This document shows positions 7,213-16,857 of a DNA stretch of 24,353 nt, piece after piece. The stretch is taken from IMG/VR virus record IMGVR_UViG_3300020045_002798, positions 1 to 24,353 of that record, one strand, 5' to 3'. The notes under the pieces are model-generated. The model did no database searches, was not told where the DNA came from, and saw only the letters and a list, made by a program, of their open reading frames with translations. The DNA is from a virus (taxonomy: Duplodnaviria; Caudoviricetes). The position numbers were made by a program, and so were the translations under genes. The stretch's first letter is position 1. Each line of letters starts with the position of its first letter.

Positions 7213-7380
7213 ATGGCAAAAACAACTATAGAAAAATTACTAGAATTAATTCTCTGGTTTGAAAATATGACCGATAGTGATTTAGAATCTGATTATATCA
7301 AGTTGTACAAAGATGAGATTGAAACGGAGATTTTGCCTGTGCTAAGTCAATGTGTTGATGAAATAGACAAGAAAAACTAA
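7213..7380 (+). CDS. Acidic hypothetical protein, 55 aa (not in ORF track)
   Basis: MAKTTIEKLLELILWFENMTDSDLESDYIKLYKDEIETEILPVLSQCVDEIDKKN* fills the gap before TerS. Confidence 0.6.
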   Translation: MAKTTIEKLLELILWFENMTDSDLESDYIKLYKDEIETEILPVLSQCVDEIDKKN

Positions 7381-7391
7381 CAGAAAAAACC

Positions 7392-7679
7392 ATGGCTTTT
7401 GAAAAAGGTAATAAATTAGGCGGAAGACCTTCTGGAGTGCCAAATAAGGCAACAACAAAGTTTAAGGAAGCTCTTAATGCAATGTTAGAAAGTCAAGCAG
7501 ATAAAATGATGTTATGGCTTGAGGAAATAGACGACCCTAAACAACGCTTTGATGTTCTGAAAGACTTTGCGGAATATATACATCCGAAACTTGCCCGTAG
7601 TGAAATTAAACACGAAGGCGAAATCAACATAGGCAAGATGCTGGCAGAAATCGATGAACCTAACGGACAAGGAACTTGA
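7392..7679 (+). CDS. terS: Terminase small subunit (putative)
   Basis: FEKGNKLGGRPSGVPNKAT N-terminus, EYIHPKL motif, overlaps the TerL start. Confidence 0.8.
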   Translation: MAFEKGNKLGGRPSGVPNKATTKFKEALNAMLESQADKMMLWLEEIDDPKQRFDVLKDFAEYIHPKLARSEIKHEGEINIGKMLAEIDEPNGQGT

Positions 7680-9195
7680 TAAGCTACGGGAGCTGAAACG
7701 CTCACTTCCATACTTTGCCCGTAACTGTCTAAAGATTAAAACTAAAGATGCGCGTATCACGCCGTTTGTTTTTAATAAATCACAAGAATACTTTCATGCA
7801 AAATGTGAGGAACAATTAAAACGCACTGGTCGGGTGCGTGTTGTTGTGCTTAAAGGGCGGCAATCTGGTATATCAACTTATGTAGCCGCAAGATTTTATC
7901 ATAAAACAAGCACAAGGCGTGCAATAAACACATTCATCCTGTCACATGAAAGCAGCACAACCGACAAGTTGTTTTCAATGGTTAAAATGTATAATGAAAA
8001 TAACCCGATTGCTCCCGAAACAAAGAAATCAAACGCTAAAGAATTGGCCTTCTCTGACCTTGCAAGTCAATATTACATAGGAACTGCTGGCTCTGGCGAT
8101 GTAGGTCGTGGCGGGACTGTCCAATTATTCCACGGGTCAGAGGTAGGGTTCTGGAAGAATACAGATGACCTTGAAACAGGGCTATTAGAATCAATCCCCG
8201 AAATGGACGGGACAGAAGTAATCCTTGAAAGCACCGCAAACGGAATAGGGAACTATTTCCATCGCATGGCTGTAGGGGCGTTAAAAGGCGAGAATGGTTA
8301 TGAATTGGTATTTATCCCTTGGCACTGGATGGATGAATATGAAGAAGATGCTGAAGGATTTGAGCGTACAGCAGAAGATGATGAGTTTTCCGCCGTTTAC
8401 CTATCTGAGTATGACCGAGCAAGGCAGGACAGAAAATTAAAATGGCGTAGGACAAAGATAAACAGGTACGGCAGTGAATGGAAGTTTAAGCAGGAATACC
8501 CATCGAACGTATCGGAAGCATTCCAAACTAACACAGATAGCCTTATAAAATCTGAATATATTGTTCTGGCTCGTTCACGCAAAAAACCCCTACAGAACGC
8601 CGCTCCGCTCATCCTAGGTGTTGACCCAGCGCGAAACGCTGACAGGGCTGCCATTGTGTTCCGCCGTGGGAGAGTTATTGAGCGGATTGAAACATATAGG
8701 GAAACACAGGACGATATATGGTTTGCTGACCAAATAGCGAATTTTATCCAACAAGAGCAGCCAGCAGCGGTTAATATCGACTGTACAAATTCATGGGCTA
8801 TTCACGACTACCTAAAGCGTAAAGGGTTCCAGAACATCTATGGCTATCATTTTGGTGGAAAAGCCAATAAAGAAAACTTATATGCCAATAAACGCGCTGA
8901 AATATGGTGTGAGTTGCGCGACTGGATAAAACAAGAGGATGTGTGTATTCCTGATAGTGATGATTTCCACGCTGACTTGGCTTGCGTTCCAGAATATGAC
9001 GAAACAGATGGTAAAATAAGGCTAGCTAAAAAAGAGGAAATAAAGAAAGAATATGGGTTCTCACCCGACCTTGGTGATGCCGCCGCTCTGACGTTTGCAA
9101 CAATCATTCGTGATGGTGTAAGCATAGGCGTAAAGGCCAAATCAACAATTATATCAACAAAAGCTAGATTCGAGAGTAAAAGAACATTGCGTTAA
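7654..9195 (+). CDS. terL: Terminase large subunit
   Basis: LKGRQSGIST (Walker A), LFHGSEVGFW (Walker B), ESTANG (motif III), FKQEYP, LGVDPA nuclease, NKRAEIW, SPDLGDAAALTFA. Confidence 0.96.
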   Translation: MNLTDKELDKLRELKRSLPYFARNCLKIKTKDARITPFVFNKSQEYFHAKCEEQLKRTGRVRVVVLKGRQSGISTYVAARFYHKTSTRRAINTFILSHESSTTDKLFSMVKMYNENNPIAPETKKSNAKELAFSDLASQYYIGTAGSGDVGRGGTVQLFHGSEVGFWKNTDDLETGLLESIPEMDGTEVILESTANGIGNYFHRMAVGALKGENGYELVFIPWHWMDEYEEDAEGFERTAEDDEFSAVYLSEYDRARQDRKLKWRRTKINRYGSEWKFKQEYPSNVSEAFQTNTDSLIKSEYIVLARSRKKPLQNAAPLILGVDPARNADRAAIVFRRGRVIERIETYRETQDDIWFADQIANFIQQEQPAAVNIDCTNSWAIHDYLKRKGFQNIYGYHFGGKANKENLYANKRAEIWCELRDWIKQEDVCIPDSDDFHADLACVPEYDETDGKIRLAKKEEIKKEYGFSPDLGDAAALTFATIIRDGVSIGVKAKSTIISTKARFESKRTLR

Positions 9196-9215
9196 TCGTT
9201 AAAAATCTGTAAACT
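9187..9215 (+). promoter_or_regulatory. Possible promoter for the head genes
   Basis: TTGCGT (9187-9192)-N17-TAAACT (9210-9215) just upstream of ORF 9246. Confidence 0.5.
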
Positions 9216-9245
9216 ATCAATCACGCGGCTAATTGTGAGGAAAAT

Positions 9246-9467
9246 ATGGGAATATTTGGCGGAAAACCTAAACAACCTGATTATGCTAAAATCCAAGAGG
9301 AAGCTCGATTAAAAGAAGAAGCGCGTATTGCCGCCGAGGAAGCACAATCTAAACAAGCGCAACAAGAATCATTAGTCGCGGCTGAAAACAAACGCAAAGC
9401 GTTCTATCAAGGTCTTCAATCTGTAACAGACGATACAAGCAACAAACGCTTTATGCAGGGTGTCTAA
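9246..9467 (+). CDS. Small pre-portal virion protein (hypothetical)
   Basis: MGIFGGKPKQP followed by a coiled coil; GAGG RBS. Typical position before the portal gene in BPP-1/T7-like podoviruses. Confidence 0.75.
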   Translation: MGIFGGKPKQPDYAKIQEEARLKEEARIAAEEAQSKQAQQESLVAAENKRKAFYQGLQSVTDDTSNKRFMQGV

Positions 9468-11160
9468 TATGGACATAAAAGCATATAAATCAAACTTTGA
9501 CGACCTTCGCAAAGAGCGCGGCAATTGGGACAATCTGTATCAAGTACTTGGTGAATTTGTATCTCAAGTTAAACAGAACTTTACTAATTCCCCTAGTGCA
9601 GGGGAGTTTCTTATTGGTGATATTTATGACAGCACAGGAAGCTTCGCGGCGTACAATTCCGCATCAGCATTGCTTGGTATGTTATGGCCTTCAACTGCGA
9701 AGCAAGCTATTGAGATAACAATCCCCGACGACATGGAAATGTCAACAGAGCTTGCGAATTGGTATGATAAAGTTACAGAACGGGCGGTAAAAGCTCTTGA
9801 TGACCCAAACGCAAACCTATCTCTTTCATTTGACGAGTATATGCTAGACCAGATTATTTTTGGCACGTCTGGAATAGGTGTCGAGCGCGGTGACGAAAGC
9901 AAGCTACTTTTTAAGCCATACGGTGTCAAAGAGCTTTACATTGATGAGGGTAAAAACGGGCGTGTTGATAGTATTTATTTGTTTTTTGAGTGGACAATCA
10001 AACGGCTGGTAAAAGAATATGGGATTGAGAATGTGTCAGAGAAGGCCGCAAAGCTATATAACTCTGGAAAACACGGGCAAAAGACAAAAGTTTTAATTTG
10101 TATCCATGAGCGCAACGAGCCTAAAGCTGAAAAAGGCGTTTTGGCTATGCCGTTTGAGAGCATCCACATTGAATATGATAATAACCATGAATTGAGAGAA
10201 AGCGGCTTCGGCGAGCTTCCAATCAAGGTTGGGCGTTTTCGCAAGTTAAACTACGAACGGTATGGTCGTTCACCTGCTATGCAAGCTTTGCCTGATATTC
10301 GTGAGGCAAACGTATTGCGTGAAAGTATTATTGTCGCTACAGAGAAAAATCTTGATATGCCGAAAGGTGTAATGGATGATGGGTTGTTAGGCGGTGGGGT
10401 TATTGACACGACTTCGGGCGCAATTACAGTATTTAACGCTAGTCAGGCATTAGGCAATCAACCCCCTGTATTTGAGATTGGTCAACGTCCTGATGTTTCC
10501 GCGGCTTTGGCACGTTTGGAAGACTTAAAAAATACAATAGCGCAACATTTTAGCCTTGACCGCCTTATAGACTTCAACAACAACACGCAAATGACATTTG
10601 GTGAGGCTCAGATTAGAGACCAAATCCGTAGCTCGTCTTTATCAAGTTTGTATAATAGGCAGGATGCAGAGGTTATAACGCCATTAATAAATCGTTCTGT
10701 CAATTTATTGATGGAAGATGGGGAATTTGGGGTTATTAAAGGAAGCGACCAAGAGGCAGAATTTAGACGCATTGGAAAGAATATCGAATATATCCCAGAT
10801 GAAATCGCTGCCCGCATCCAAGCTGGGGAAGATATTTATCGAATTTCCTATAAAACAAAAGCGGCGGCGGCCTCTCGCGCAGAGGAATATATGTCGATTA
10901 TTGATGTATTGGGCTTTGCTATTCAGTCCATGCAGGTTGACCCATCTATTCGGCATCGTGTTGACCTCCATAAAGGGGTTAGTGAGATTGCTAATATCAG
11001 GTCATTGCCAGTTGGGATTATTAGGCAGGATGATGAAGTTGAGGAGCGAATTAAAGCAGAGAAAGAGCAAATGCAATCTCAACAAACCTTAGAGGCTGGT
11101 GTTCAGGTCGCTGGTATTGTTGATAGCTTGGCAAGCGCAAATAAATCTGCTAGGGTTTAG
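9460..11160 (+). CDS. Portal (head-to-tail connector) protein
   Basis: IYDSTG, FGTSG, YIDEGKNGRVD, ESGFGELP...R, YGRSPAMQALPDIR and MTFGEA motifs of the podoviral connector family; 566 aa. Confidence 0.93.
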   Translation: MSNMDIKAYKSNFDDLRKERGNWDNLYQVLGEFVSQVKQNFTNSPSAGEFLIGDIYDSTGSFAAYNSASALLGMLWPSTAKQAIEITIPDDMEMSTELANWYDKVTERAVKALDDPNANLSLSFDEYMLDQIIFGTSGIGVERGDESKLLFKPYGVKELYIDEGKNGRVDSIYLFFEWTIKRLVKEYGIENVSEKAAKLYNSGKHGQKTKVLICIHERNEPKAEKGVLAMPFESIHIEYDNNHELRESGFGELPIKVGRFRKLNYERYGRSPAMQALPDIREANVLRESIIVATEKNLDMPKGVMDDGLLGGGVIDTTSGAITVFNASQALGNQPPVFEIGQRPDVSAALARLEDLKNTIAQHFSLDRLIDFNNNTQMTFGEAQIRDQIRSSSLSSLYNRQDAEVITPLINRSVNLLMEDGEFGVIKGSDQEAEFRRIGKNIEYIPDEIAARIQAGEDIYRISYKTKAAAASRAEEYMSIIDVLGFAIQSMQVDPSIRHRVDLHKGVSEIANIRSLPVGIIRQDDEVEERIKAEKEQMQSQQTLEAGVQVAGIVDSLASANKSARV

Positions 11161-11182
11161 TATCTATTAGGCAGGAATAAAA

Positions 11183-11458
11183 ATGATAAAAATAGGCGAT
11201 AAAGAAATTATCGAGGCACTAAACCGTGTCGCAAAAACAGATGACGGAAAAGTCATGCTTGCATGGCTGAAACATACCTGTAATTGGGATATGACATTAA
11301 TGGCAAATGAGCCATACATGACAGCGCATCATGCATCTATCCGTGGTGTATGGGGTCGTGTAAGGCAATCAATCCACACGGACGGACTAAAACAGATTGA
11401 GCATGATTATGTCGTTCATAACGAAGTTTCTAAACAAACCAAAAAGGCAGGTAAATAA
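11183..11458 (+). CDS. Bbp19-like small head-module protein
   Basis: TDDGKVMLAWL...EPYMTA...RGV pattern; position between portal and scaffold. Confidence 0.65.
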   Translation: MIKIGDKEIIEALNRVAKTDDGKVMLAWLKHTCNWDMTLMANEPYMTAHHASIRGVWGRVRQSIHTDGLKQIEHDYVVHNEVSKQTKKAGK

Positions 11459-12309
11459 TGGAACAGCAAGTAACTCAACAAACAACAGGTGATAGCGGGG
11501 CTGCTAGTCAACAGTCAGCGTCACCATCTTTTGCAATCCCAGAACAGTATGCTCAAAATACTTGGGCGCAGAACATTAAATCCCCAGATGATTTGTGGAA
11601 TCAATTTGCAAACGCTCAATCATTAATTGGGAAACGCCCCGCAGGAATCCCCGCCGCTGATGCGCCACCAGAAGAATGGGATAAGTTTTACAACACATTA
11701 GGACGCCCTGAAGCTCCTGATAAATACGGATTGCCTAAAATTGATGGATTGCCAGAGGGGTTTGATGTATCGCCCTATGAAGGCAAGTTTAAAGAACTTG
11801 CTCATAAAGTTGGGCTTACTCCCAAGCAAGCTGAAAAAGCATGGCAAGAGTACATGGGGCAAGAGCTTGGCGCGTATGGTGAGCAAAACAAAGCACAGGC
11901 CGAAAAACAGGCGCAAATGGATAAAGAATTTGACGATTTATCCAATAAGTTATTTGGCGACCAATTTGATACTTATTCTAAGCAAGCCCAAGAGTTTCTT
12001 GGAAAAGCATTGCCGAAAGAATTACAAGTTGACTGGCAAAATATGGACAACACAACGCTCGCCGCATTCATTCAAATGACCAAATATTCTCAAGACCAAA
12101 TTGACGCGGTTAAAAAACAATATGGCGCAGAAGATAAATTAGGAAGTGGCGGGCAAAATGCCTCCATGTCTAAAGAGGAAGTCCGCGCCAAACTTGTTGA
12201 GGCCAATAGTGAGCTACAAAAAGCGAAGATTTTTTCACCTGAATATAAACAGATTGAGGAAAATCGGAATAAGCTGCGAGAAACTTTATCAAGAATGGTA
12301 AATAAATAG
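11458..12309 (+). CDS. Capsid scaffolding/assembly protein
   Basis: ANAQSLIGK, EEWDKFYNTLGRPEAPDKY, AHKVGLTPKQA; helical, upstream of the major capsid gene. Confidence 0.85.
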   Translation: MEQQVTQQTTGDSGAASQQSASPSFAIPEQYAQNTWAQNIKSPDDLWNQFANAQSLIGKRPAGIPAADAPPEEWDKFYNTLGRPEAPDKYGLPKIDGLPEGFDVSPYEGKFKELAHKVGLTPKQAEKAWQEYMGQELGAYGEQNKAQAEKQAQMDKEFDDLSNKLFGDQFDTYSKQAQEFLGKALPKELQVDWQNMDNTTLAAFIQMTKYSQDQIDAVKKQYGAEDKLGSGGQNASMSKEEVRAKLVEANSELQKAKIFSPEYKQIEENRNKLRETLSRMVNK

Positions 12310-12312
12310 CTA

Positions 12313-12341
12313 TTGCAATTAATAATCAGTTAGTATAATAT
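12313..12341 (+). promoter_or_regulatory. Promoter upstream of the capsid leader
   Basis: TTGCAA at 12313-12318, with TATAAT at 12334-12339 or TAATAT at 12336-12341 (17 nt spacing). Confidence 0.6.
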
Positions 12342-12348
12342 ATCTCGT

Positions 12349-12432
12349 GACGGGTAGCACTGCGCTTGCGGTGTCCATCTGATAAGGCTCAATCGCCCAG
12401 ATGACGTCCATTCTTGTAATGGGTAGCGTGTC
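12349..12432 (+). ncRNA. Putative structured cis-regulatory RNA leader of the major capsid gene
   Basis: GC-rich island in an AT-rich gap. Three hairpins closed by GAC/GUC, with two copies of GGGUAGC pairing with GUCC. Confidence 0.6.
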
Positions 12433-12487
12433 GAATGAAAATCAATACTTTTTTTATTCAACATACCATTACAAGGAGATATATAAT

Positions 12488-13375
12488 ATGGTTATGTCTA
12501 TAGATAATGCACTGATTACCGAATTTTCGGACATGGTGCATCACGAAGCTCAACAAACAGAGAGCTTGTTAAACCCTTATGTTATCACTAAACAAATGTC
12601 AGGCGATGTATTCGCTTATGATGGACTCGGCCCAGTTGAGGCTCGTGAACTCGTAGGTCGCGTTGTTCCTGTCACGTTTGATGACATCACTCACAACCGC
12701 CGTAAAATCGCTCGTCGTCGTTTTGCTGTCACTCTACCGATTGATAGCTCCGATGTTCGCGGAGCTTTGCTCGATGCTAACAGCGAATATGCCAAGGCCT
12801 GTGCTGCAGCTATGATGCGTAAGCGTGACAAAGTTATCGCTGATGCAGCATTTGCCGACGTCCTTACTGGTCGTGATTTTGCAACCACAGTCACAGCAGT
12901 AAACGATGGTGTTTTAACTATCGATGCAACGGCTGGCTTGACCTATGAGAAACTACTCGAAATTGATGAAAATTTCATTGATAACGCAGTAGGTTTTGAC
13001 CCTGCAAATAGCAAGAAATTCTTGACTCTTACAGGCGGTGAACACACTGACCTTATGGGTGAGATTGAACTTGTATCTGGTGATTATACACGCCAGTTTG
13101 CGGTAGAAAAAGGACAACTGACAAACGCAATGGGATATGACTTGCTCAAATTCCCTGCGAACGCAGCGTTCCCAATTCTGACGGTATCTGGTGCAGAACG
13201 ATTCCTTATTGCCGCAACACAGAAAGCATTCTGCGTTGGCGTTTCTAAGGAAATGTCTGTCAAGGTTACAGAACGTAATGACTACCATGAAGTTACTCAA
13301 GTTGAGGTCATCATGGAAATCGGAGCCGTTCGTACCGAGGGCGCTCTCGTTCAAAAAGTCCGTGTAACAGCTTAA
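12488..13375 (+). CDS. Major capsid protein (start revised to ATG 12488)
   Basis: AAGGAG at 12473-12478. ITEFSDMVHHEAQQ...AAAMMRKRDKVI...GAVRTEG...V pattern of podoviral capsid proteins. Codon usage looks highly expressed. Confidence 0.9.
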   Translation: MVMSIDNALITEFSDMVHHEAQQTESLLNPYVITKQMSGDVFAYDGLGPVEARELVGRVVPVTFDDITHNRRKIARRRFAVTLPIDSSDVRGALLDANSEYAKACAAAMMRKRDKVIADAAFADVLTGRDFATTVTAVNDGVLTIDATAGLTYEKLLEIDENFIDNAVGFDPANSKKFLTLTGGEHTDLMGEIELVSGDYTRQFAVEKGQLTNAMGYDLLKFPANAAFPILTVSGAERFLIAATQKAFCVGVSKEMSVKVTERNDYHEVTQVEVIMEIGAVRTEGALVQKVRVTA

Positions 13376-13394
13376 TCATAAGGAGTAATATATT

Positions 13395-13886
13395 ATGGCT
13401 GTAGAAGATAAATATGTAAACGCACAAATCGTTGCTGGCAAAAAAGCGAAAGCCGCTTTGTCAACTGGCGATAATGAAATCGTGATGATTGCGACTGTTG
13501 AATTGGCTGCCGCTGATGACGACGGTTCTAAGTATCGCTTTTTTAAAGCTGTGCCATCTAACCTAATCCCGACTGAAATAAGTATCGTTTGCGATGCAAT
13601 TACAGCTGGGACAGACTTTGACCTTGGTTTGTATGATGTTGACTTGGGTGCTGTTGTTGATAAAGACGTTCTTATGGATGGTCAGACATTAGCAACCGCT
13701 CTTACTCGTGCGACTGGTCATGCCCTTGGATTGGGTATTGTCAACGCTGACAGCGCGTATAAGACATTAGGTGAATTGTCTGCTGAAACTGACGTTCCAC
13801 CTGCTTATGACATTGTTCTGACAGGCAATACAGTTGGTTCTGCTGCTGGTACAGTGACCATCATTGCTAAGTTTGTACAAGGTTAA
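13395..13886 (+). CDS. Capsid-associated (decoration/cement-like) protein
   Basis: AAGGAG RBS; beta-rich with DLGLY motif; immediately after the major capsid gene. Confidence 0.65.
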   Translation: MAVEDKYVNAQIVAGKKAKAALSTGDNEIVMIATVELAAADDDGSKYRFFKAVPSNLIPTEISIVCDAITAGTDFDLGLYDVDLGAVVDKDVLMDGQTLATALTRATGHALGLGIVNADSAYKTLGELSAETDVPPAYDIVLTGNTVGSAAGTVTIIAKFVQG

Positions 13887-13912
13887 TTAACTAATTATCG
13901 AGGGCTATTATT

Positions 13913-14551
13913 ATGGATGTAACGTCTAAAACGGATATTTGTAACTTAGCCCTCGATTTACTATCTGCTGGGACTGTCACCAACGTAGATGACCCTAGTG
14001 ATGCTACAGAAGAACTATTGGCGAGGCACTATGATTTGTGCCGCCGCAAGCTGTTAAGACAGCACCCATGGAATTTTGCAACTAAACGCAAGGTACTATC
14101 ACCAGATAGTGATACGCCTCCTTTTGGATACGCTAAACAATACTCTTTACCCGCGGATTCGTTGCGGGTTTTATATGTTGGCGCCACTGACGATACGATT
14201 GTCCCTCCAACTGCGTACCAAGTTGAGGGCGGTAAAATCCTTATGTCTGACGATTTCACATCAACGGCAAACGCCCTAAATCTTATTTATATTTATGACA
14301 TTAAATCAGTTTCATCTTTTGACCCGCTGTTTATTACTTTGTTATCTTATGAAATAGCCATGTCCATTAGTTATAAAGTTAGTGATAGCAATACAAACGT
14401 CCAAAGAGTCGAGCAGCTTAGAAAAGATATATCCTCTTTGGCTCGCGCTATTGACGGGCAAGAAAGGCCGCCTATTCGGGTCGAGCGTTCAAGGGCATTA
14501 AGAGCTAGACGCGCTGGTTCTACATACGACAACACAAGGTATTCATTCTAA
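13913..14551 (+). CDS. Tail adaptor / tail tubular protein A
   Basis: ICNLALDLL, LRQHPWNFATKR, YSLPADSLRV, FDPLF motifs. Confidence 0.88.
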   Translation: MDVTSKTDICNLALDLLSAGTVTNVDDPSDATEELLARHYDLCRRKLLRQHPWNFATKRKVLSPDSDTPPFGYAKQYSLPADSLRVLYVGATDDTIVPPTAYQVEGGKILMSDDFTSTANALNLIYIYDIKSVSSFDPLFITLLSYEIAMSISYKVSDSNTNVQRVEQLRKDISSLARAIDGQERPPIRVERSRALRARRAGSTYDNTRYSF

Positions 14552-16857
14552 TGGTTGACGCCGTTCTATCATTTACTGACTTTTCAAGTGGGGAAGTTAG
14601 CCCCAAATTGGCTGGTCGGGTTGATTTAAAAGCCTATTACACGGGCGGAAAGCGTATTGAGAACTTTATCTGCCAAACAACGGGCGCTGCATCATTTAGA
14701 ACCGGAACTATATATTCTGAAACCACAAAAAATAACGCAAAAGCGTTTTTATGGGTGTTTGAATTTAGCGCAGAAATAGCATTTATATTAGAATTTACCG
14801 ACCAGAAGTTAAGATTTTACACGAATGATGGAATTGTTGAAAGCGGCGGCATCCCTGTTGAGGTTAATACACCATATCTTGAGGCGGATTTGTTTGAGCT
14901 TAAATTCACACAGAACGGATTAAGTTTATACATCGCGCATCCTAATTATGCGCCTCGTGTTTTAACATATACAAGCCCAACAAGTTGGGCGTTAACTTCT
15001 CAAGCTGCCTACAAAGGTAGCGGTTCTTCTCAAAATATAACTGGGATAACAAAGGCAAATCCCGCTGTTGTAACTTATGCGGGTGGAGATAACTTTTCTA
15101 ATGGCGATAAAGTATTCATCCGCGATGTCATTGGAATGACACAGGTAAATGATATAGTTTTTACAGTCGCAAACGTAAATACAGCATCAAATACATTTGA
15201 ATTATCAGGGGTTGATAGCGCTGCATACTCTACATGGGTTTCAGATGGGACTATCCAAAAGATACAGGACGCAAGTTTTCTTTTGTCTGGCTCTTATCCT
15301 GCGGCAGTTACGTTTTTTGAGGAAAGGCTTGTTTATGGTGGCGGAACAGACAACCCCCAAACCTTATATTTCTCACGCCCTAGCCTTCCTGATAATTTTG
15401 TTCTAGGCAATGAGGTTGATGATGCGATTGAGTACACCGCAAACGGATACGGGAATACTATTCGATGGTTGCAAGGAACTAATAACTTTCTAGCCATTGG
15501 GACATTCGGTGATGTTTTGCAAGCCACAGGGGGAATCGACGGGGTTATTACTCCGACAAGTATATCTGTTAAACCGTCAAATGGTTACGGCGTTGCGGAT
15601 ATTAACCCTGTAGGGCGCGGGTCACAAGTTTTTTATATGCAGCGTAATAATTTGATTATGCGCTCTTTCGAGTATGATTTCCAAGCTGATAGCTACATTC
15701 CTGTTGATAGGAACGTCATAGCCGACCATATAACAAGCTCTGGCATTTCTCAAATCACCTTCCAAGAAGGAAGACCAAACGCAATTTGGGCGGTTAAGAA
15801 TAACGGCGATATGATTGCAATGACCCTAGAAGAACAAGAGGGAATTTCTGGATGGCATCGTCACAATACTCAAGGCGGTATTATTTCAATCGCCGCCTTG
15901 CCGAGAGCAAGCAATTATCATCAACTTTGGTTGTGTGTAAAACGTAACGGGAATTATTATATTGAGTATATGTCTGACATGGCAGAATTCCCAAACCCTA
16001 ATGATTATTTTACGGGTATTGAGAGTGATGATAATAGAATAATAAATAATTTGCGTTATGAGGCTCAAAAACAATATATCCATCTAGATTCTGCCTTATC
16101 CTATTATGGGACAAGCGCGGGAGAGGCCGCCAGTGCCACTTTAACACCTGCCGCGATTAGTGGCACTGGCGTAACCTTTACGACTTCGGCAAGCGTATTT
16201 GATTCTGGAATGGTCGGGCGCGAATTGTGGCGCAAAATGGTTGATGGGACAGAAAGCGGTAGGGCTGTTATTACTGGGTACACAAGCGGGACAGTTGTAA
16301 CTTGTGAGATTATAGAAGATTTTGATGGTGTTGGTTCTATACCCGTTGGAGAATGGTATTTAACAGCTGGGACTGTAACAGGATTAGACCATTTAGATGG
16401 CATGGAGGTTGCTATTGTTACTGATGGCGGACAACATCCTGTAAGGACTGTTTCAGGAGGCTCTATTACGCTTGACGGGCAAGCTAGTGTTATTCATGTC
16501 GGACTTGCTTATACAGGGTATTTGCAAACGAATAACCTAGAGGGAGGCTCGCCTAATGGAACGGCACAAACTAAGCGTAAGAACGTGACCTCTATAGGGG
16601 TAAGATTATTAGACACACTTTATTGCAAAGTTGGTTTAGACTATTACCATCTCGACCAGATTGAAATGCGGACGGCATCTATGAAGATGGATAGGCCTCC
16701 ACTTCCGTTTACTGGAGATATTAAGAAAACATACGTTAATCAAGTGAATGATAAGAATGATGCTGGTTGGACAAGAGAGAAAAGTGTGATAATATCTCAA
16801 GACCAGCCATACCCGTGTAATGTGCAACTTTTAATACCTTATTTGTCGGTGTCATGA
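14551..16857 (+). CDS. Tail nozzle / tail tubular protein B
   Basis: FSSGEVSPKLAGRVD, YPAAVTFFEERL, WHRH, GLDHLDG, HVGLAY, PLPFTGD, QDQPYP. Confidence 0.9.
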   Translation: MVDAVLSFTDFSSGEVSPKLAGRVDLKAYYTGGKRIENFICQTTGAASFRTGTIYSETTKNNAKAFLWVFEFSAEIAFILEFTDQKLRFYTNDGIVESGGIPVEVNTPYLEADLFELKFTQNGLSLYIAHPNYAPRVLTYTSPTSWALTSQAAYKGSGSSQNITGITKANPAVVTYAGGDNFSNGDKVFIRDVIGMTQVNDIVFTVANVNTASNTFELSGVDSAAYSTWVSDGTIQKIQDASFLLSGSYPAAVTFFEERLVYGGGTDNPQTLYFSRPSLPDNFVLGNEVDDAIEYTANGYGNTIRWLQGTNNFLAIGTFGDVLQATGGIDGVITPTSISVKPSNGYGVADINPVGRGSQVFYMQRNNLIMRSFEYDFQADSYIPVDRNVIADHITSSGISQITFQEGRPNAIWAVKNNGDMIAMTLEEQEGISGWHRHNTQGGIISIAALPRASNYHQLWLCVKRNGNYYIEYMSDMAEFPNPNDYFTGIESDDNRIINNLRYEAQKQYIHLDSALSYYGTSAGEAASATLTPAAISGTGVTFTTSASVFDSGMVGRELWRKMVDGTESGRAVITGYTSGTVVTCEIIEDFDGVGSIPVGEWYLTAGTVTGLDHLDGMEVAIVTDGGQHPVRTVSGGSITLDGQASVIHVGLAYTGYLQTNNLEGGSPNGTAQTKRKNVTSIGVRLLDTLYCKVGLDYYHLDQIEMRTASMKMDRPPLPFTGDIKKTYVNQVNDKNDAGWTREKSVIISQDQPYPCNVQLLIPYLSVS

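Noticed and set aside
12401-12487. N-terminal extension of the major capsid protein in the ORF track
   Set aside because: ATG 12401 lies inside the structured leader without an RBS, whereas AAGGAG precedes ATG 12488.
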